Positions 1 through 9,500 of a stretch of 64,000 bases of DNA are shown piece by piece. Position 1 is the stretch's first letter, and each line of letters starts with the position of its first letter. The stretch lies in the NCBI GenBank assembly GCA_041687695.1, contig JAWLBL010000021.1, forward strand, positions 1 through 64,000. Direction: 5' to 3'. Source of the stretch: Myxococcota bacterium. GTDB taxonomy: Bacteria; Myxococcota_A; UBA9042; PHBI01; JAWLBL01. Both the position numbers and the translations under genes were made by a program. The notes beneath the pieces are model-generated. The model was given only the letters and a program-made list of their open reading frames with translations. It did not search any database and was not told where the DNA came from.

Positions 1-100
1 CGCCGCTCCGTGCTCATGCTCGCTTCTCCAATCGAGGTCATGAAGCAAGCTTGCACGGCAACGCGAGTGGAGGGGAGATACCCGATACCGGACGGTTACC

Positions 101-437
101 CCGCCGCGTCGCCGAGGCCGAGGCCGAGCTGCGCCGCCGCTTCGCCGCCGAGGGCCGCCGCTTCCTAGGCCTCGACAAGGTCCGCCGCACCAAGCGCCAC
201 TCCCAACCAACATCATGGGAGAAGCGCCGCGGCATCAACCCGACCCTCGCCTGCCGCGACACGGAGGCCCGCTGCCTCCAGCTCGCCGCCGACAAGCTCT
301 GGCAGGACGCCTACTCCGCCGCCCTCACCGGCTGGCGCCAGGGCGATCGCGAGGTCATCTTCCCGGCCCACACCTGGAAGATGGCGCGCCTGCACGGCGC
401 CCGCACCGCGCCGCCCCTCAGCGCCCGCGCCGCCTGA
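101..437 (+). pseudogene. 3' fragment of a myxobacterial RAYT/IS200-like (HUH, Y1) transposase
   Basis: The peptide GRRFLG..KV...RRGINPTLACRD...AY..A...W..G.R.VIFPAHTWKM..LHG resembles, from memory, the C-terminus of Anaeromyxobacter/Sorangium-type HUH transposases. No catalytic N-terminus is present, and composition changes near nt 100. Confidence 0.6.
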
Positions 438-1017
438 GGGCGGCCCCTCGCGGCCCCAGCGCCGCGCCCCCCCCCATCCCCCTCCCAGGCGTCCGTCCCC
501 CGGTCGCCCGGCACCCGTCCGTCCAGCGCCCCATTTTCGGCCCTCTGCCGCGGCCTTGCCACCCCGAAATCAGCCCGATCACCGCTCGCCGACCCCCGAT
601 TTCGACCCCGCCAGCCCCCAACTCGACCTGCCCCCGAAACCCGACCCTTGGTACGGTTCCTCAGGACGCCTACTCCGCCGCCCTCACCGGCTGGCGCAAG
701 GGCGACCGCGAGGTCATCTTCCCGGTCCACACCTGGAAGATGGCGCGCCTGCACGGCGCCCGCACTGCGCCGCCCCTGAGCGCCCGCGCCGCCTGACCGC
801 GGCCTCCCGCGGCCCCAGCGCCGCCCCCCCATCCCCCCTCCCAGGCGTCCGTCCCCCGGTCGCACGGCACCCGTCCGTCCAGCGCCCCATTTTCGGCCCT
901 CCGCCGCCGTCTTCGCACCCCGCAATCATCCCGCTCACCGCCCCCCGACCCCCGATTTCGACCCCGCCAGCCCCCAACTCGACCTGCCTCCGAAACCCGA
1001 CCCTTGGTTCGGTTCCT
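303..1017 (+). repeat. Imperfect tandem duplication: 303-661 (359 bp) and 662-1017 (356 bp), each a transposase 3' end plus a non-coding tail
   Basis: Both units start CAGGACGCCTACTCCGCCGCCCTCACCGGCTGGCG and end CGAAACCCGACCCTTGGT(A/T)CGGTTCCT, with scattered substitutions and indels between them. Confidence 0.95.
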
Positions 1018-1600
1018 CGAGGTGTCGCAGGACGGCGTCCTCGTCGCGGAGGCCGCCATCGACGCCCACGGGCGCTTCGCGATCGCGCTCCCTGCAGGCG
1101 AGGGCTACGTCCTCGAGCTCGTCGGGCCCGAGGCGCGCGCCGGGCTCCTCTTCGCGCGCGCTGGCGGGGTGGTCTCTCCGGCCTTCGCCATCGCCGAGGG
1201 CAATCCTGCCGTCGATCTCGGGGTGGTGCGCGGCGCGGGCGACGTCGTCGAGGTGGCCAGAGGCCACGCCCCCGAGGGGGCCGGACCGGACATGAAGCCC
1301 GAGGTTCCGCAGGCGCCCGCAGCCAACCCTCCGGCTGCGACCGCGGCGGGCCTGGCGAAGGCCTGCATGAAGTTCCCGGACTCACTCGTGGACGCGGCCC
1401 GAGCCGCGCTCCCCGAGCACCTGGTCTGTGACTCGGCCTCGGCGGAAGGCTGCCAGATCTTTCTGCCGGCCGAGGCTGCCGTCGCCGAGCGGACGCTGCC
1501 CTCGGGCGCTTCCCTGTGCGTCGGCCCGGCAGCGCGCCCCGAGGGGGCTGGCAAGCCGGAGGGCGCCGGCGGCGATGAGGCGGAGGAGATCGAGGAGTAG
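1018..1600 (+). pseudogene. 5'-truncated hypothetical (probably secreted) protein
   Basis: A frame with typical codon usage (EVSQDGVLVAEAAIDAHGRFAIALP...) begins right at the repeat terminus. It has no convincing start, RBS or signal peptide. Confidence 0.55.
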
Positions 1601-1623
1601 CGTTCGAGGTGGCAGGCTCCAGG

Positions 1624-1661
1624 CGGCCGCGGAGCGCGAGGCTCCGCGGCCGTTTGCGTTT
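1624..1661 (+). terminator. Intrinsic terminator
   Basis: 12-bp stem CGGCCGCGGAGC/GCTCCGCGGCCG followed by TTTGCGTTT, just after the stop at 1600. Confidence 0.7.
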
Positions 1662-2085
1662 GGCATGCGTGTGGGAGAGCACGCGACGTTTCATCTCGCC
1701 GGCTTTCGCGCGTCCTGTGTCCGAATGACGGCGACCAATCAGCGAAGCCGAAATGCCACGACCGCGATCTTTCCGACATTCTCCGGCCGTGAGGTGGATT
1801 CATGGCTGGACGAAAGATCCGCCACTGGGTGGAGACCCCTCGCGCAGGCCGATGCGAGCGGGCTGTCGCGACGAGACGGGGACCTGTCCAACCACTACCA
1901 CGCCGTGAACGTCGGTCACGATGCCGCGGTAATGGTTGAACAACGACCCGAGGCGCGGTGCGATGGGGACAGTCGGGCGCGAGGTCGTGGTCGGTGAGCT
2001 GCCCCAGGATCTCTCCGGGGCGGCGCTTGACCTTCGGCGCGGCGCTCTGAGGGTCTGTGGGTACCCAGACGAACGGGGAGGACCC

Positions 2086-3000
2086 ATGGCCACGAAGAGG
2101 AAGGGCGTCGGAGCGCGCGACGGCGGGCGGCTGGAAGGAAAGGTCGCCATCATCACCGGCGCTGGTGCCGGGACGGGGGAGGCCATCGCTTGGAAGTTCG
2201 CGCGGGAGGGGGCGCGGGTGCTGCTCAACGGACTGCCCGACGACCCGGTCGAGGACGTGTGCGAGGCGCTGCGGGCCGAGGGCCTGCAGGCCGAGGTGTA
2301 CCTGGGCGACGTGTCCGAGGAGCGGCACGCGAAGCGTTGCGTCGAGGCGGCCGTCGGCACATTCGGTCGATTGGACGTGCTGGTGAACAACGCCGGTGTG
2401 TTCATCACCACGGCCGAGCTGCAGGACTACCCGGTCGAGGACTTCGACCGGACGCTCCGCATGAACGTGCGGTCGGCGTTCTTGATGACGAAGTTTGCGC
2501 TGCCGCACCTCCACGAGACCTGCGGCAACGTCCTGTGCGCCGGATCGGAGTCGGGCAAGATCGGCATCGCGCAGAACGCACCCTATGGTGGCACCAAGGG
2601 TTGGCTGCACGCCTTCGTGCGCGGACTCGCGGTCGAGCAAGCCAAGCACGGGGTGCGCGCCAACTGCGTCTGCCCGGGCGCCATCGACACGGCCTGGACC
2701 CACGAGGAGACCGGGCCGATGAACGAGCAGATGGAGAAGACTATGCTCGAGGCGACCCCGCTGGGCCGCCGCGCGACAGTCGAGGAGATCGCCAACGTCT
2801 ACGCCTTCCTGGCGTCCGACGAGGCCAGCTATGTGACCGGCGCGCTCGTCTCGGTCGACGGCGGCGTCACGGTCGCCAAGGGCAGCGTGGGCGGGCAGGT
2901 GCCCAAGAAGCTACGCAAGGCGCCGAGGGGCGAGCTGCAGGGCAAGCTGCGCCACACCCACGAGGGCAACATCAACAAGCAGACCCACGACCTGACGTGA
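2086..3000 (+). CDS. SDR family NAD(P)-dependent oxidoreductase
   Basis: TGAGAGTG glycine motif, NNAG, catalytic YGGTK, CPGAIDT and ASYVTG; GGAGG RBS before the ATG at 2086. Confidence 0.95.
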   Translation: MATKRKGVGARDGGRLEGKVAIITGAGAGTGEAIAWKFAREGARVLLNGLPDDPVEDVCEALRAEGLQAEVYLGDVSEERHAKRCVEAAVGTFGRLDVLVNNAGVFITTAELQDYPVEDFDRTLRMNVRSAFLMTKFALPHLHETCGNVLCAGSESGKIGIAQNAPYGGTKGWLHAFVRGLAVEQAKHGVRANCVCPGAIDTAWTHEETGPMNEQMEKTMLEATPLGRRATVEEIANVYAFLASDEASYVTGALVSVDGGVTVAKGSVGGQVPKKLRKAPRGELQGKLRHTHEGNINKQTHDLT

Positions 3001-3011
3001 CCGAAGCCGAG

Positions 3012-3043
3012 GCGCGGCCGCGTCCACGGGGACGGGGCCGCGC
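3012..3043. terminator. GC-rich hairpin between convergent genes
   Basis: Imperfect inverted repeat GCGCGGCCGCGTCC / GGACGGGGCCGCGC with no T-tract. Confidence 0.4.
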
Positions 3044-3055
3044 GCGTCGCGCTGG

Positions 3056-4393
3056 CTACTGGAGGTAGTTGGTGATCTCGTCGCAGAAGGGCGAGTCGGG
3101 GCAGCAGACGGAGTCGCCGACGACCCAGGAGTACTGCCCGGCGTTGACGCACATGCGGTAGCCCTGGCTCGGGTAGTAGTAGGCCCAGAAGAAGCACATC
3201 TCCTTGTTGGCCGACTCGCCGAAGGTGACCGTCTTGTCGCTGGTGTTGTCCCAGGTGCAGCGGTACTGGAAGCCGTGCCCCTGGCCGAACTCCAGCGGCG
3301 GGTTGAACTGGATGACGGGCGACTCGGCCCAGTCGAAGACCTCGTCGCCGGGGTAGACCGGGTCGCCGGGGTCGCTCTGGCCGCCGCTGACGTTGATCTC
3401 GACGTTGGTGCCGTACTGGTGGGTGTGGCCGGTCAGGGCGAAGATCTTGGTGCCGGCCAGGACGTCCAGGAACTGCCAGGGCAGCGTGAGGGTCGAGTTC
3501 GGGGCGATGGAGAAGTCCCAGGCGCCGTAGAAGAGGAGGTCGGCTTCGGCCTTGACGTCCTCGTCGGCGATGGCGTCGAACCAGACGTCGCCGTGGGCGG
3601 TGATGTCCTCGGGGTAGTAGTTCAGGAAGTGCGACTCGATGCGCACCATCTGGTTGGGCTCGAACTTGAAGGCGACCCCGATGGGGAAGGTCAGGGTCTC
3701 CTGGGCGACCTGCGTAATCATCAGGGGGACCGTCTCGCCCTTGAGGGTCTCGACGAAGGGGTCGCACTTGAAGGGCTCCGTCTTCTCGACGGTCTCGGAG
3801 GACTTGTAGACGATCATGTGGTGCGAGCCCTTGCCGAGCTTGGTGCGGATCTGGTGCACCCACATGGGGTCGAGGTTGCCCAGGCGCTTGACGACGCACT
3901 TGGTCGTCTCCTGCCCCGGGGTCATGGTCCAGTCGCCGATGAAGGTCTCGGCCGTGGCGATGATCTCGGGCGGCTCGGTCGGCCAGGGCTCCTCGGTGTC
4001 GGCCTGGACGTCGGCGGCGGCATCGGACGTCGCCGGCACGTCCTCGGTCGGCGTCACGTCGGACGTCGCCGGCACGTCCTCGGTCGGCGTCACGTCCTCG
4101 GTCGGCGTCGCGTCGGGCGTCGCCGGCACGTCCTCGGCCGCGGGCACGTCCTCCATCGGCGTCACGTCGGGCGTCGCCGGCACGTCCTCGGCCGGGGTCG
4201 CGTCCGGAGCCGCGGCGTCGGGCTGCGCGTCGTCCGCGGCACCTTCGTCACCGCCGGCCGAGGTGTCCGCGCCGTGGGCGACGTCGGTGACGGCGCCGTC
4301 GGCTTCGGGGCCGGGCGAGGTCCCCGCGGTGTCGCCGCAGGCCAGGAGGGTCAGGGAGGCGAGGACGGTCAGCAGCGGAGTTCGGATTCGCAT
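3056..4393 (-). CDS. Lipoprotein with a copper type II (PHM/DBM-like) monooxygenase domain
   Basis: Lipobox LLAC, an acidic repeat linker, then GSHHM, ESHFLN, GHTHQYG and NKEMCFFWAYYYP (HH, H, HxH and Met copper ligands). Confidence 0.8.
   Translation of the reverse strand: MRIRTPLLTVLASLTLLACGDTAGTSPGPEADGAVTDVAHGADTSAGGDEGAADDAQPDAAAPDATPAEDVPATPDVTPMEDVPAAEDVPATPDATPTEDVTPTEDVPATSDVTPTEDVPATSDAAADVQADTEEPWPTEPPEIIATAETFIGDWTMTPGQETTKCVVKRLGNLDPMWVHQIRTKLGKGSHHMIVYKSSETVEKTEPFKCDPFVETLKGETVPLMITQVAQETLTFPIGVAFKFEPNQMVRIESHFLNYYPEDITAHGDVWFDAIADEDVKAEADLLFYGAWDFSIAPNSTLTLPWQFLDVLAGTKIFALTGHTHQYGTNVEINVSGGQSDPGDPVYPGDEVFDWAESPVIQFNPPLEFGQGHGFQYRCTWDNTSDKTVTFGESANKEMCFFWAYYYPSQGYRMCVNAGQYSWVVGDSVCCPDSPFCDEITNYLQ
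4020..4205 (-). repeat. Coding tandem repeat (EDVPATxDVTP), acidic/Pro linker
   Basis: Repeated 18/36-nt units such as CGCCGGCACGTCCTCGG and GTCGGCGTCACGTC. Confidence 0.85.
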
Positions 4394-4476
4394 GGCGCGA
4401 AGGGTGCACGGGCCGCGCGCGCAGAGCAAGCGGGTCGACGCATGACGTGTGACCTGCGTCATTTGTCACACTCGCG

Positions 4477-5574
4477 TCACACGGCGCCCAGCCACCGCCG
4501 GAGCCGCTCGGGGGCCGCGGCGAGGGCGTCCGGGGCGGTCCGAGGCAGCGCGGCCGAGCTCTTGGTGCTCCAGAAGACGATCGGACCGCGCGCCGTCGCT
4601 CGCAGATCGAGCAGCGCCGCGGCCGCCTTGGCCGAGTAGGTCGTGTCCAGCGGCGGCCCGCCGACCGCCGCGAAGTGCGCCATCGCGCGCGCCCCCGCGA
4701 TCGTCGGGTGCCCGTAGCCGCGCCCCAGGTACCGCCCCGTCACGTCGAGTCCGGCCTCGAAGAAGGCCCGCCCGGTCGGCAGCGCGGGGCCGCCCAGCTC
4801 GGCCAGCAGCGCCGCCGTGCGCTGCGCCAGGCCGCCGATGCGGAACGGGGCCGTGACCGGCCAGGGCGTCACCCGGATGGGGTGCAGCATCGGCCGCCGC
4901 GCCCACAGGCCCAGCTGCTCGGCCGCCGCGAAGGCGACGCACAGCCCCGCCGACGTGCAGGTGCTGCCGACGGGCAGGACCACGTGCGCCGGCGCCGGCA
5001 GCTGCCCCTCGGCGACCTGCAGCGCCAGCTCGAGGCCGGCCGACAGATGCCCCAGCGCCCCCAGCGGCACCGCCGCCCCCGGCGGCATGACGTGCTCGCG
5101 CCCGCCGCCCCGCTGGGCCGAACGCGACGCGCCGGCCATGGCGAACGGGAAGGCCGCGATGTGCGCCAGCGCCCGCACCTCGCAGCCGACGCTGACCAGC
5201 GCCCGCGCGTTGGCGCGCGCCGTCTCGGTCGGCGGCTGCGGGAAGAGGATGGCGCCGCAGGTCAGGCCCACACGCGGCGCGTGCACCGCCGTCGCCAGCG
5301 TGTGGTTGGAGCCATAGGCGCCGGTCGCCCAGATGCGCGTCACGCCGCGCGCCTGGCAGTCGCCCAGGACCACCTCGAGCGGGCGCACCTTGTTGCCGCC
5401 GTACTCGGGCGCGCTGCGGTCCTCTCGCTTGACCCACACGCCCTGCATCAGCGGCTCGACCGGCGTCGGATAGTGCCCCAGCGACGCCCGCGTCAGCCGG
5501 CGCGCCACCTGGGGCAGGGCCTCGCCCAGCGCGTCCCAGCGCTCGCCGCGCGGCGTCGTGGGCTGCGCGGTCAC
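4477..5574 (-). CDS. PLP-dependent ACC deaminase/D-cysteine desulfhydrase family enzyme
   Basis: PTPV, VKRED, YGGNKVR (PLP lysine), GSNH, VGSTCTSAG and LDTTYSAK. The GTG start overlaps the upstream stop (GTGA). Confidence 0.88.
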   Translation of the reverse strand: MTAQPTTPRGERWDALGEALPQVARRLTRASLGHYPTPVEPLMQGVWVKREDRSAPEYGGNKVRPLEVVLGDCQARGVTRIWATGAYGSNHTLATAVHAPRVGLTCGAILFPQPPTETARANARALVSVGCEVRALAHIAAFPFAMAGASRSAQRGGGREHVMPPGAAVPLGALGHLSAGLELALQVAEGQLPAPAHVVLPVGSTCTSAGLCVAFAAAEQLGLWARRPMLHPIRVTPWPVTAPFRIGGLAQRTAALLAELGGPALPTGRAFFEAGLDVTGRYLGRGYGHPTIAGARAMAHFAAVGGPPLDTTYSAKAAAALLDLRATARGPIVFWSTKSSAALPRTAPDALAAAPERLRRWLGAV

Positions 5575-6332
5575 GGGCAGCTCTGGCCCGCGCCCTGCTC
5601 GATCCAGGCCAGCACCTTCAGGACGTCGGCCTCGTCCAGGTACGGCCCGCCCATGGGCATGCGGCCGAAGCCAGCCTCGGGGCGCAGGCGTGTCACCAGG
5701 CTGCCCGCCTCGGGGTCGCAGGGCACGACCGCCGGCTGTCCGGTCAGGCCGGTCGCGAAGTAGCCCTCGCGGGTGCGCAGGTCCAGGCCGCCCGCCGCGC
5801 CCGCGCCGTGGCAGAAGCCCTCGGCGCACTTGGCGGCCGCGAACAGCGCCTCGATGTCGTCCTCCCAGGTGTAGCCGGCTTCGGCGCAGTCGACGTCCTG
5901 CCCCGCGCCGGCGGCGATCCACCGGGCGATGACGTCGCGCTGCGCCTGGGGCACGGGCGCGGACGGGGCCGGCGGCATCTGGGCGCCGAAGGGCGGGTCC
6001 TCGGAGAGCTTGGGCAGCAGCGTCCCCTCGCCGGGGCGGCAGGCGACGACCGCGGGGCCGTTGAGGCCGCCGGTCGCCAGGGCCTCGGGCGAGTCGACGA
6101 CCAGGCCGCCCTGCCCGCCATGGCAGGTCACGCAGCTGCTGGCCTGGAAGATGGGCAGGACGTGATCGGCGAAGGTGGGCGGCCCCGCGGGCTCGGCGTC
6201 GGCGTCGCCGGAGACGTCGGCGTCGTCGCCCCCGCCCGTGTCGCGGGTCGTGTACCAGCGGTCGCCCACCTCGGTGCAGGCGGTCAGGCACGGGAGGACG
6301 AGCAGGGCGGCCAGGCAGGCGAGGCGTCGCAT
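5571..6332 (-). CDS. Lipoprotein with two planctomycete-type cytochrome c domains
   Basis: Lipobox LTAC; CVTCH...QMPP...IARWIAAGA and CAEGFCH...RMPMG...VLAWIEQGA. Confidence 0.8.
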   Translation of the reverse strand: MRRLACLAALLVLPCLTACTEVGDRWYTTRDTGGGDDADVSGDADAEPAGPPTFADHVLPIFQASSCVTCHGGQGGLVVDSPEALATGGLNGPAVVACRPGEGTLLPKLSEDPPFGAQMPPAPSAPVPQAQRDVIARWIAAGAGQDVDCAEAGYTWEDDIEALFAAAKCAEGFCHGAGAAGGLDLRTREGYFATGLTGQPAVVPCDPEAGSLVTRLRPEAGFGRMPMGGPYLDEADVLKVLAWIEQGAGQSCP

Positions 6333-6503
6333 GGCCGGGGAAGTTAGCGGCGAGCCGACGCGAAGTAAACCGACGCGGCTCACGGGCGAGATCCGGCGCG
6401 GTTCGTGTTTTCGGGCGCTTGGGCCAGTTGCCTTGACCGGGCCCGCGGGTGGGCCCGACAATGCCGTCCTCGCCGACAGGTCCGTCGCTGGGGAGGAACC
6501 GTC

Positions 6504-9500
6504 ATGCGCCTGCGCCACCCGTCCATTCCGTCCGTCCTGCCGGCGATCGCCGCGCTGGCCCTGGCTCTGTCGGCCTGCGAGGCGCCCGAGGGCCCGACCG
6601 CGACGGCCCCCGGCGCGCCGGCGCCCACCGCCCCGACCACCGCGCCCGCCGAGGTGTGGCCCAAGCCGATGCTGCCGGTCCACCCCCTGCCCGGCGAGCT
6701 GTCGACCGGCAAGGAAGACGCCTACGACGACTACCGCCTGGCGAACCCGGCCGTCTACAACATCACCGCTGGCCCGGGCACCCCGGTCATCCCCTCGCCC
6801 GAGTTCGGGCCGCAGAAGGGCTTGATGATCAGCTACACCGGCTCGTTCCCGGACGTGGTCGCCAAGATCGTCCAGGCCGCCAATCCGGTGACCACCCTCT
6901 ACGTCGTCCACGACGGCAACTCGGCGAAGACCGACTTCCAGTCGAAGATGAGCCAGTACGGCGTGTCCACGGCGGGCGTGCAGTACCTCAACTTCAAGAA
7001 CGACTCCATCTGGATCCGCGACTTCGGCCCCATCAGCGTCTACGACGCCGACACCGGCAAGGTGGGCCTGGTCGACCCGCGCTACTACCACCAGCGCATC
7101 TACGACGACGCCATCCCGCACAAGGCCGGGCAGGCCTGGGGGCTGAACACCTTCAAGATGCCGGTCGCCTTCGAGGGCGGCACCTTCATGACCGACGGCA
7201 ACGGCACATGCTTCGTGACCCAGGGCGTGCTCTGGTACAACGGCACCAGCGAAGCCAACATCCGCAAGTACTTCCGCGAGTACGTCGGCTGCTACCAGCT
7301 GGTCATCCTGAACCCGCTGGACGGCGAGGGGACGACCCACACCGACATGTTCGCCAAGATGGTGGACGAGGACACCGTCATCCTGGGCGAGTACACCAGC
7401 GCCCAGGACGCCGGGAACAAGGCGCTGATGGACCAGAACGCGGCCATCCTGGGCGGCGTGGTGCTGGCGGGCGGCAAGAGCGTCGAGGTCGTGCGCATGC
7501 CCATGCCGTCCAACAGCAACCGGACCGTGTGGCGGACCTACGTCAACAGCCAGCTGGTCAACGGCGTGAACATGTGGCCGGTCTACTCGGACTCGACCAC
7601 CTACCAGGCGCAGGCGGCGGCCATCTGGCAGCAGGTCCTGCCCGACTACGCGCACGTGCCGATCGACACGAAGGGCCTCATCCAGTGGTCGGGCGCCATC
7701 CACTGCATCCTGATGGAGGTGCGCGACGGCGGGTGGAGCGCCTTCCAGACGGCGCCGGCGCAGATCTGCTCGAGCTCGAAGTGCTACCCGACCTCGACCG
7801 GCGGCAACAGCGGGTGCGGGTCGGTGACCGTGCCGGGCGCGTGCGCGAGCGGGCAGGCCAGCTGGTGCGACTTCGGGCAGGTGCAGACGGCGACGTGCGG
7901 GGCCGGGCAGGCCTGCGGGTGGGACCCCGACGATGGGCACTACGGGTGCGTCGACGGCTCGGCCTGCGTGCCGAGCTGCGGCGGCAAGGCCTGCGGCAGC
8001 GACGGATGCGGCGGCGTGTGCGGGACGTGCGCGGCCGGGCAGGTGTGCTCGGCCGGGCAGTGCGTGTCGGACGGGTCGTGCGGCGACATCGGCTCGGTCG
8101 GCTGCTGCGAGGGCAGCACGCTGAAGTACTGCAACAGCCAGAACTCGCTGTCGACGCAGCAGTGCCAGAGCTGCGGCTGGGACTCGAACGACGGCTGGTA
8201 CGACTGCGGGTACTCGGGCAGCGACCCGACGGGCCAGAACCCCAAGGCGTGCCCGGGCGCATGCACGCCGCAGTGCGGCGGCAAGCAGTGCGGCAGCGAC
8301 GGATGCGGCGGCTCGTGCGGATCGTGCGGCGCGGGAGAGACGTGCAGCGGCGGACAGTGTGTGTCCACCTGCTCGCCGAGCTGCGCGGGCAAGCAGTGCG
8401 GCGACGACGGGTGCGGCGGCTCGTGCGGGTCGTGCGGCAGCGGGGCGGTCTGCGAGGCCGGGCAGTGCGTGTCGAACTGCACGCCGAGCTGCGCCGGCAA
8501 GGAGTGCGGGGACAACGGGTGCGGCGGCTCGTGCGGGTCGTGCGGCAGCGGCGAGATCTGCGACGCCGGGCAGTGCTCGACCTTGAGCTCGAACGGGTGC
8601 GGGACGGTGTCCTGGGAGGGCAACTGCACCGACGGCAAGGTCACCTACTGCGATAACGGGCAGCTGGTCAGCCAGACCTGCCAGAGCGGGTGCTGCGGGT
8701 GGTATCCGCAGGACCAGTACTACTGGTGCTACAGCGCGCAGTACTGCGGGTATTGCTACAACGAGTGCCAGGCGGGGTCGAAGGGCTGCAGCGCCCAGGG
8801 CACGCACGCCTGGACGTGCCAGAGCCCGAGCGGCGACGGCGGGTGCACCAAGCGCGCGTGGACCTTCTGCGCCGAGGGCTGCGACGCGGCGACGGGCAGC
8901 TGCAAGGCGCCGACGTGCACGCCGTCGTGCGGCGGCAAGACCTGTGGTGACGACGGGTGCGGCGGGTCCTGCGGGACGTGCGCGGCCGGGCAGGCGTGTG
9001 AGGCCGGTCAGTGCGTGGCCGAGTGCGTGCCGGCGTGCGACGGCAAGGCGTGCGGCAGCGACGGGTGCGGCGGCAGCTGCGGGGCGTGTGGCGCGGGGCA
9101 GACCTGCACGGACGCCGGTCAGTGCGTCGACACGTGCGTGCCGTCGTGCGACGGCAAGCAGTGTGGCGGCGACGGATGCGGCGGGTCGTGCGGGGCGTGC
9201 GGCGCCGGGCAGCTGTGCAGCGGCGGGCAGTGTGTGTCGAGCTGCCAGCCGGACTGCCAGGGCAAGGCGTGCGGGGCGGACGGGTGCGGCGGCACCTGCG
9301 GCGCGTGCCCGAGCGGGCTCATCTGCACCGACGACGGGGCCTGCGTCGAGACGTGCACGGCCAGCTGCGCGGGCAAGGTGTGCGGCGGCAACGGGTGCGG
9401 CGGGTCGTGCGGGACGTGCGGCGAGGGCGAGGCTTGCGAGGGCGGGCAGTGCGTGGCGGCGTGCGTGCCGGCGTGCGACGGCAAGAGCTGCGGGCCGGAC

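Noticed and set aside
303..1017. Diversity-generating retroelement TR/VR pair
   Set aside because: Differences between the copies are not adenine-specific, they include non-coding indels, and no reverse transcriptase is present.
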